This document shows, piece by piece, positions 8,965 to 15,410 of a stretch of 20,000 nt of DNA. The stretch's first letter is position 1. Each line of letters starts with the position of its first letter. The position numbers and the translations under genes are program-made. The DNA is from an uncultured virus (IMG/VR IMGVR_UViG_3300027396_000015) (taxonomy: Duplodnaviria; Heunggongvirae; Uroviricota; Caudoviricetes), in IMG/VR virus record IMGVR_UViG_3300027396_000015, one strand, 5' to 3'. The notes beneath the pieces are model-generated. The model worked only from the letters and a program-made list of their open reading frames with translations, had not been told where the DNA came from and did no database searches.

Positions 8965-10742
8965 TTAGAATAAAAGACTTAACAGTTAAAAATTTCATGA
9001 GTGTAGGTAATGCTACACAGGCAGTAGATTTTGGTAAAGAACAACTTACCCTCGTCTTAGGCGAGAACTTGGACCAAGGAGGTGACGATTCCGGCTCTCG
9101 AAACGGCACGGGTAAGACCACTATCGTAAATGCACTAAGTTATGGGCTTTACGGACAGGCGTTGACTAACATTAAGAAGGATAATCTTATTAACAAGATT
9201 AATTCTAAGAATATGTTAGTTACTGTTGAGTTTGAAAAAGACGGACGTTTATACAGAATCGAACGTGGGCGCAAACCTAACATATTAAAATTCTATGTCG
9301 ACGAGCAAGAACAAGAAAATGCAGATGTAGATGACGAAGGTCAAGGCGATAGTCGAGAAACACAGAAAGATATTGATGAATTACTAGGCATGAGTCATGA
9401 TATGTTCAAGCACATTGTTGCATTGAACACTTATACTGAGCCATTTCTTAGTATGCGGGCCAACGACCAGCGTGTAATTATTGAACAATTACTAGGTATT
9501 ACACTTTTAAGTGAAAAAGCAGAAACTCTCAAAGAGCAAGTACGTATTACTAAAGAAGAAATTACACAGGAAAGTGCTAGAATTGATGCTGTAAAGAAAA
9601 GCAATGATAAAATTCAAGAAAGCATCGACAGTTTAAAATTAAAACAAGCGGCTTGGCAACGTAGTAAAGATGCAGACATTAGTAAAATACAAAAAGCCAT
9701 AGATGAGCTGGCTGGCGTGGATATTGATGCAGAAATTGCACAGCATGAAAAGTTAAAAGTATATGACGAACAAGCGGCTAGAATTAAAAGTCTTAACAAA
9801 GAAAAGGCTACCTTAGAAACTGCTGTGATGCAGGCTGATAAAACTGTACGAAAGTATCAGAAAGAAGTAGAACGACTAGAACACAAGACTTGTCCTGCGT
9901 GTGAACAAGAACTGCACGATCATAAACATGAAGAAATGATTAAAGCGGCAGAGAAAAATCTCGCTGATGCAGATACATACTTGTCCAAGGTAGCGGGAGA
10001 TCTCGAGTTGATTATAAAGGAACTTGAGTCTATTGGAGACATCAACGGTCGTCCACAGACTTTCTATGACACACTAAACGAAGCCTATAATCATAGGTCT
10101 AATTTAGATAGCCTTGCTGTACAATTAAAAAATAAACAAGAAGAACGCGATACTTACCAAGAGCAGATTACTGAATTAGAGAATACTGCACTTCAAGAAG
10201 TAGCGTGGGACTCTGTTAACAGTTTAAATCTAATGAAAGAGCATCAAGAGTTTTTATTAAAACTGTTAACTTCAAAAGATTCGTTTATTCGTAAGAAGAT
10301 TATAGATCAAAATCTTGCTTACTTGAATAACCGTCTGACTTATTACCTTGATAAGGTGGGTCTACCTCACACCGTTGTATTCCAAAATGACCTAACGGTA
10401 GAAATAACCCAACTCGGGCAGGACTTAGATTTTGATAACCTGTCACGAGGAGAAAGGAATCGCTTAATCTTAGGATTGTCGTGGGCGTTCCGCGATGTCT
10501 GGGAATCATTATACCAGAACATTAATCTCTTATTCATAGATGAACTTATCGATAGCGGTATGGACGCCAATGGCGTTGAAAACTCTCTGGGTGTTTTGAA
10601 GAAAATGGGCAGAGAACGTAATAAGAACATCTATCTAATTTCTCATAGGGATGAATTAGTGGGTCGAGTGAACAACGTGCTCAAGGTAATAAAAGAAAAC
10701 GGGTTCACAAGTTATGCTAACGACATAGAAGTTTATGACTGA
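8961..10742 (+). CDS. gp46: Recombination ATPase subunit, Rad50/SbcC-like (T4 gp46)
   Basis: KNFMS start, Walker A NGTGKTT, long coiled coil with CPAC zinc hook, LSRGE signature, LFIDE Walker B and ISH. ATGA overlap with gp47. Confidence 0.93.
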   Translation: MIRIKDLTVKNFMSVGNATQAVDFGKEQLTLVLGENLDQGGDDSGSRNGTGKTTIVNALSYGLYGQALTNIKKDNLINKINSKNMLVTVEFEKDGRLYRIERGRKPNILKFYVDEQEQENADVDDEGQGDSRETQKDIDELLGMSHDMFKHIVALNTYTEPFLSMRANDQRVIIEQLLGITLLSEKAETLKEQVRITKEEITQESARIDAVKKSNDKIQESIDSLKLKQAAWQRSKDADISKIQKAIDELAGVDIDAEIAQHEKLKVYDEQAARIKSLNKEKATLETAVMQADKTVRKYQKEVERLEHKTCPACEQELHDHKHEEMIKAAEKNLADADTYLSKVAGDLELIIKELESIGDINGRPQTFYDTLNEAYNHRSNLDSLAVQLKNKQEERDTYQEQITELENTALQEVAWDSVNSLNLMKEHQEFLLKLLTSKDSFIRKKIIDQNLAYLNNRLTYYLDKVGLPHTVVFQNDLTVEITQLGQDLDFDNLSRGERNRLILGLSWAFRDVWESLYQNINLLFIDELIDSGMDANGVENSLGVLKKMGRERNKNIYLISHRDELVGRVNNVLKVIKENGFTSYANDIEVYD

Positions 10743-10962
10743 CGACATCAAAGACGACACTCACGACCAGTTAGTTAAAGCGTTTATCGAATATTCACGC
10801 TGGAACGAACGATTTGAACGTTATGGATACTTTGCATCCAGTCAACAGGCTCGCGAATATCTGCGAGACATACGCGATTTATGCACAAAAAGGCGAATGG
10901 AAATACAGGCACAGCGGCGATTAAACAAAAAGGCCAAAACGACACAAGATGATTCAGAGTAA
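10735..10962 (+). CDS. Small helical hypothetical protein (75 aa)
   Basis: ORF overlaps the gp46 stop and fills the gap to the next gene. No family recognised. Confidence 0.65.
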   Translation: MTDDIKDDTHDQLVKAFIEYSRWNERFERYGYFASSQQAREYLRDIRDLCTKRRMEIQAQRRLNKKAKTTQDDSE

Positions 10963-10977
10963 CTGGTATATATGTGC

Positions 10978-11421
10978 ATGTCGTGGCACTATCAAAATGT
11001 ATTAGTTGAAGAAATACCCGAAGGCGTTATAGGCTTTGTTTATCTCATCACTAACAACCAATCTGGACAGAAATATATAGGCAAAAAACTAGCACAGTTT
11101 AAGCGTACAAAACCACCACTCAAAGGCAAAAAACTCAAAAGACGTAGCACAGTAGAAAGCGATTGGCGCGAATATTGGGGCTCATCTGAGAGATTACAAG
11201 CAGACGTCCACGCACTAGGTCCAGAAAAATTCACAAGAGAAATACTTTATTTTTGCAAATCCAAGGCAGAAATGTCTTATCTAGAGGCAAGAGAGCAGTT
11301 CGAACGTAGGGTTTTAGAAACTGACGACTACTATAACGGTATTATTAATGTTAGAGTAGGCGGATCAAATATACTAAGACAGCGTTTATTAGAACAAGCA
11401 CAGGCAAAATCAAACGGTTAA
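10978..11421 (+). CDS. Stand-alone GIY-YIG family nuclease (Seg-like catalytic domain only)
   Basis: Motifs GFVYLITN...KYIGKK, YWGSS, FTREIL, YLEAREQ and YYN. The start is probably the second Met (10978, MSWHYQN) rather than 10972. Confidence 0.8.
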   Translation: MSWHYQNVLVEEIPEGVIGFVYLITNNQSGQKYIGKKLAQFKRTKPPLKGKKLKRRSTVESDWREYWGSSERLQADVHALGPEKFTREILYFCKSKAEMSYLEAREQFERRVLETDDYYNGIINVRVGGSNILRQRLLEQAQAKSNG

Positions 11422-11423
11422 TG

Positions 11424-11860
11424 GCTAGCGCAGGCTAAATTCGTGCGCTCTATACCTGGACCTCGGGTCGCAGGGACGGAATTCTCTTGCCGTTAAGAGT
11501 ACTCAGCAACTATCCTTAACAGGACGAGGATCGCAAATTGCCGCGGTTTTGCTGTTTTAAGAAGAAAAGGCTCAAGGAGAGGAGAAAAACCTCACGTAAG
11601 CAAGTATGATAGCGTATATTTGTTTACCGCCGTTGTGATAAGACGGAGCTCGTGGTACCGGACAACCGCCACTGTAATGCTCTAACGCTGTGTGACATTG
11701 TGCAACTCGGATAATGTTTTTAACTTTGCCCTGTGCGGGCGAAGTGTGACTGAACAATCTGGATAATGCTAAAGTGCTTCGCACTTAATAATGCTCTATA
11801 ATTAAAATAAAACAAATAGTTCGAGCGAAGCGATGAACAGATGAACGCAGTGAATCTTGA
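11424..11860 (+). ncRNA. Candidate large structured non-coding RNA (or structured cis-element) of unknown family
   Basis: The only long non-coding gap in the window. About 48% GC over 11461-11760 by manual count, whereas the other intergenic spacers are very AT-rich. At least 10 stems and 2 potential pseudoknots. G-U wobble pairs favour the + strand. Confidence 0.6.
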
Positions 11861-11864
11861 AGTA

Positions 11865-12095
11865 TTAGAAAAAGGGTAATCCTGATTTCTTAGTAGTTTC
11901 TAAATTCTCTTTGATAATATTCGATATGATTTCACGATCTTCATAGGATAATGCAAATGCGTCATCTATGGTGATGCTACCTCTCATATACCAGCACAAT
12001 TTAAACAATTCGGTTCTTATGGACTTTGCTTCTTTATCTAGCCCCTCAACTACTCTTAGTGCGTCTTCGAGTGTTAGGCTGAAGAGCTTTACGCG
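11865..12095 (-). CDS. gp51-like baseplate hub/tail assembly chaperone reading frame, probably expressed as a -1 frameshift extension of the gp26-like gene
   Basis: Not in the ORF track. Open frame RVKLFSLTLEDALRVVEGLDKEAKSIRTELFKLCWYMRGSITIDDAFALSYEDREIISNIIKENLETTKKSGLPFF*. The only in-frame ATG is at 11987. The frame is -1 relative to the upstream gene and begins at a slippery site. Confidence 0.7.
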   Translation of the reverse strand, partial: RVKLFSLTLEDALRVVEGLDKEAKSIRTELFKLCWYMRGSITIDDAFALSYEDREIISNIIKENLETTKKSGLPFF

Positions 12096-12955
12096 AAAAA
12101 ATTTGAAGCGTCTAGTCCTATAGGAGTTTCAAATTCAGCAGGAGCACCTTGAGCTTGCTCTTCTGCTGTAGTTTGAATTTTAAACGACGGCATTTGAAAC
12201 TTAATGCGTTGTTTTTCCAAGTGATCGATGATTTTAGTATAAAATTCTTTGTCAGCATTATCGATAAACTCTTTAATAAATGCTGGATCACTTACTTCGC
12301 CTTCAGGCGTAACAACTTTGACTAATCCATTGGCCACTGATCTCATGGTAATTTCAGTTAATGCTTTAAAACTCTTATTAAATTGAGCAATCTTTTGTTC
12401 TTCTGTTAGTTCTTGACTGTTAACAATAGTAAAAATTCGTTGTTCTTCTAAACTTTTTAAAGAACTTTTAGTAAATTCTTCATAGGATAATGGACGTAAA
12501 AATGCAGTTAATTCATCATTAATTCGAACTTCTGGATCAAATGTAGCATCTAACAGTTTATCTAACGCTAATCGTAGGTCAGTAGTATACGTTTTTGTTT
12601 CTGATATGTTTGGAATAGCAATATCTACATCAATTTGTTCGCCATATGTTGCAATACGAATAGCAATTAATATAGCATCAATATCAATACTAGGAATTGC
12701 CCAGGCATTTTTAATATTAGGCATACAACTTTGAATAACATCAACAGTACTTTGACCATTTAACAATGCGTCTGGTGTTTTAATAGAAATTTCATCTCTA
12801 GCAGTCATAGCATAAACTGGAAACTCCATATTTTGTGTAGGTTCTAACGTGCCTGGTGGATAAAAATTACCAGAACTAGGCAAACGAACATAGAGCTTCG
12901 GTTGTCTAAAGTACTTCTTCAACGGGTTTTGCGGTACTGCTACTTGATTTTCCAT
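12089..12955 (-). CDS. gp26: Baseplate hub assembly protein, T4 gp26-like
   Basis: PKLYVRLPSSG...VYAMTARDEI...IDIDAILIAIRIATYGEQID and the C-terminal ..NFF ending resemble the T4_baseplate/gp26 family. GGAG RBS and a perfect TATAAATA upstream. Confidence 0.75.
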   Translation of the reverse strand: MENQVAVPQNPLKKYFRQPKLYVRLPSSGNFYPPGTLEPTQNMEFPVYAMTARDEISIKTPDALLNGQSTVDVIQSCMPNIKNAWAIPSIDIDAILIAIRIATYGEQIDVDIAIPNISETKTYTTDLRLALDKLLDATFDPEVRINDELTAFLRPLSYEEFTKSSLKSLEEQRIFTIVNSQELTEEQKIAQFNKSFKALTEITMRSVANGLVKVVTPEGEVSDPAFIKEFIDNADKEFYTKIIDHLEKQRIKFQMPSFKIQTTAEEQAQGAPAEFETPIGLDASNFFA

Positions 12956-12969
12956 GTGTTTTTACTCCA

Positions 12970-12977
12970 ACTAAATA
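12970..12977 (+). promoter_or_regulatory. Late promoter variant ACTAAATA (tape-measure gene)
   Basis: TAAATA core in the intergenic region upstream of 13029. Confidence 0.6.
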
Positions 12978-12996
12978 ATATACTGCTGTGTCATTA

Positions 12997-13004
12997 TATT
13001 TATA
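12997..13004 (-). promoter_or_regulatory. T4-type late promoter TATAAATA (gp26-like gene)
   Basis: Exact T4 late consensus on the minus strand, 41 nt upstream of the ATG at 12955. Confidence 0.8.
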
Positions 13005-13028
13005 TACGCAGTTTTTGACGGAAAAATT

Positions 13029-15398
13029 ATGTCAGTAAAAGCCATAGTTCCTGGAGTAGGAACAGTTATTGTAGAAAACGCTGCCGAAGACTCGACTCTT
13101 AGACAGATACTTGCGGCAATTAATAAAAGCGGAATACCTGCAGGCGGAAAACCTGGTGCCACGCCCGGCGGTGGCGGTGGCGCAGGAGACAATGATGCTC
13201 GGGCTGAGCAAATGCGAAAAGGTGCTGAAACTGAAAAAGAATATAAGGCACGAATGAAACTAGCAGGAGATGCTGTATCTCTTGGTGCAGACTCATTTGC
13301 TAAAACATTTTCAAATACTACTCCTACAATTAAAGATTTTTCTGGTGTACTGGCACAAATGCCCGGCGCAAACATCAAGGGCGTTAGCGATGTAGTTCAG
13401 CAATTTGGCGGAACATTAGAAGATCAAATACAAATTTTTAGAACACTAAGTGGATCTGGTATTGACTTAGGTGATTCATTGTTACAAGCACAACTATCAG
13501 CAGGTGAAGCAAGACTTCCTTTAGAAATTTTTGGAAAAACTGTAAAAGAAAACAGCCAATCGCTGGCTATGGCGTTTGGATCTGCCACTGCTGGTGCTAC
13601 TAAGTTTGCTGAAACACAAGGCAAGTTTATGGCACAGAGCGGTCAAAAATTTGCCGCGCTTGGATTTAGTATGGATGAACTAGCAACATATAATGCTAGT
13701 TACATGGAACAACAACAACGCAACGGTCGCTTGTCAAAGATGAGCACTGATGAAATTGTTGCAGGTCAAGAAAAATATAACGAAGAACTAGACAGACTAT
13801 CAAAGGCAACAGGATTATCTAGACAACAGATAGATGAAGCCAATAAATCATCTCAACGTGATGCTAGAATGAAATTAGCATTAGGCAAATTAGATGCAGA
13901 CCAACAGGCGGCAGTTAATGCTAAAATTAAACAGTTAGAACAACTAGATCCAACTGGTAAAATGGCCGCAGGCTTTAAAGATATTATTGCTGGCGGTGGT
14001 GTTGCTGTAACTGCTGAAGCAAGACAATTTGCATTGACAATGCAAAGTGCAGGCGTTGATGCTAGTAAAATGGGCCGAGAAATTTTTAACGGATCTAAGT
14101 CTGCTGTCGACGATATGAACGCTGGATTTAGTAAAGCCGCCAAAGCCAGCGAAAATATCAGCGAAGGCGAAAGAAGAACAGCCGCCGCAATGGCAACTAT
14201 GGGTCAAATGACTCCAATGTTAGGTAAAGCAGTATTACAAGGCATGGGCGACTCGCAAAAAGCAGCCGCAATGGCCAAGGAAGAACAAGAAAAACGTCTG
14301 GCTGCATCTAAGACAGACCCAACAAGAGCAGTAGCAGGTTTAGATCAGACATTAACTAATGTACAAAATTCATTTAAGAAGTCATTTATTGAAAGTGGCG
14401 TACTAGATTTAACCGCAACTGGATTAAAATCGGCGGCAAGTGGTGCAGAAGCAGCCGCTGAAAAATTTGCTAAGTTAGATCCAGCCGCAAGAATTCCAGT
14501 ATTGTTTGGAGCCGCACTAGGTAAAGAGATTGCAGATGCTCTTATTAAGGCTGGTGTAGGTACTGCAATAGGTTATGCTGGTGCAAAAGCCGCTGGCATG
14601 GATTATAAAAAATATGAAGAAATGAAAAAAGGTGGCGGTGAACCTAAAGGTGGTGAACCTAAAACTCCTAAAGGAGAACCAGTTAAGCCAGGAGCAGCCG
14701 CAGAAGCCGCAGAAGATGTTGCAAAAGCCGGAAAACTAGAAAAAATTGTTTCCACTATAAAGAATCCATGGGCCTGGGCAATAGCAACAACAGCAGGATT
14801 AATCATTTATAAAGATGAAGTTGTTGATTTTCTAACTCCAGACTTTTTAAAGACAAAAACAAATGCGGCCGCTAATGCACAAACGGAAAATACTAAAAAT
14901 ACAGTACCTGGTGCAGAAATACCAAAAGCAAATGCACCAAAACCTCCAGAGACAAATGCTGCCGAACCTGTAGCAAAGTTAAATCAAGAAGTTAATGCAC
15001 TTAAAACGGCATTAAAGGATGTAGATTATTCAAAATTAATGTTCCCAGAGGCAGTGGGTTCAAGTATCGATGCAGGTGTTATTAAATTAAAAAATCTTAG
15101 AGAAGAAATTACTACAACAACTAGTGCATTTAAAGATTTGAATAACACTAATTTAGATCAACTGAATAATAACATTAATAAATTAAGCGAAACCATCAAG
15201 AGCTCTATGAAGTCTGAGCAAAAAGAAGGAGCACCTGGAAACGTAAAAGTATCCGATGCGTCCAGCAAAGAGATGGTAGACCTGTTAAATCAGTTAAATA
15301 TGAATATGAGTCAATTAGTCTCACATCAATCAGACGCTGTGGATTATTTGAGCAAGACAGCCAAATACACTAGACAAACTTCAAATAATAGTGCATAA
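13029..15398 (+). CDS. Probable tail tape-measure protein
   Basis: 789 aa, Ala/Gly/Lys/Gln-rich and mostly helical, with hydrophobic stretches (IPVLFGAALG; WAWAIATTAGLIIY). Adjacent to the gp26-like chaperone gene. Confidence 0.6.
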   Translation: MSVKAIVPGVGTVIVENAAEDSTLRQILAAINKSGIPAGGKPGATPGGGGGAGDNDARAEQMRKGAETEKEYKARMKLAGDAVSLGADSFAKTFSNTTPTIKDFSGVLAQMPGANIKGVSDVVQQFGGTLEDQIQIFRTLSGSGIDLGDSLLQAQLSAGEARLPLEIFGKTVKENSQSLAMAFGSATAGATKFAETQGKFMAQSGQKFAALGFSMDELATYNASYMEQQQRNGRLSKMSTDEIVAGQEKYNEELDRLSKATGLSRQQIDEANKSSQRDARMKLALGKLDADQQAAVNAKIKQLEQLDPTGKMAAGFKDIIAGGGVAVTAEARQFALTMQSAGVDASKMGREIFNGSKSAVDDMNAGFSKAAKASENISEGERRTAAAMATMGQMTPMLGKAVLQGMGDSQKAAAMAKEEQEKRLAASKTDPTRAVAGLDQTLTNVQNSFKKSFIESGVLDLTATGLKSAASGAEAAAEKFAKLDPAARIPVLFGAALGKEIADALIKAGVGTAIGYAGAKAAGMDYKKYEEMKKGGGEPKGGEPKTPKGEPVKPGAAAEAAEDVAKAGKLEKIVSTIKNPWAWAIATTAGLIIYKDEVVDFLTPDFLKTKTNAAANAQTENTKNTVPGAEIPKANAPKPPETNAAEPVAKLNQEVNALKTALKDVDYSKLMFPEAVGSSIDAGVIKLKNLREEITTTTSAFKDLNNTNLDQLNNNINKLSETIKSSMKSEQKEGAPGNVKVSDASSKEMVDLLNQLNMNMSQLVSHQSDAVDYLSKTAKYTRQTSNNSA

Positions 15399-15410
15399 TA
15401 GGAATTAATA

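Noticed and set aside
11434..11441. GCTAAATT as a dedicated late promoter for the candidate ncRNA
   Set aside because: Degenerate match inside a hairpin loop. It cannot be distinguished from chance without TSS data.
11572..11784. 70-aa minus-strand ORF in the non-coding gap
   Set aside because: No RBS, atypical composition and no recognisable motif. The region is better explained by + strand secondary structure.
11691..11795. CRISPR mini-array
   Set aside because: Only two imperfect repeats, the intervening sequences are hairpins, and there are no cas genes in the window.
11424..11860. Group I intron, tRNA, tmRNA or RNase P identity for the structured region
   Set aside because: I found no recognisable P7 R/S elements, no interrupted host gene, no cloverleaf with T-loop and CCA, and no RNase P GAGGAAAGUCC motif. 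A covariance search is still needed to exclude divergent members.
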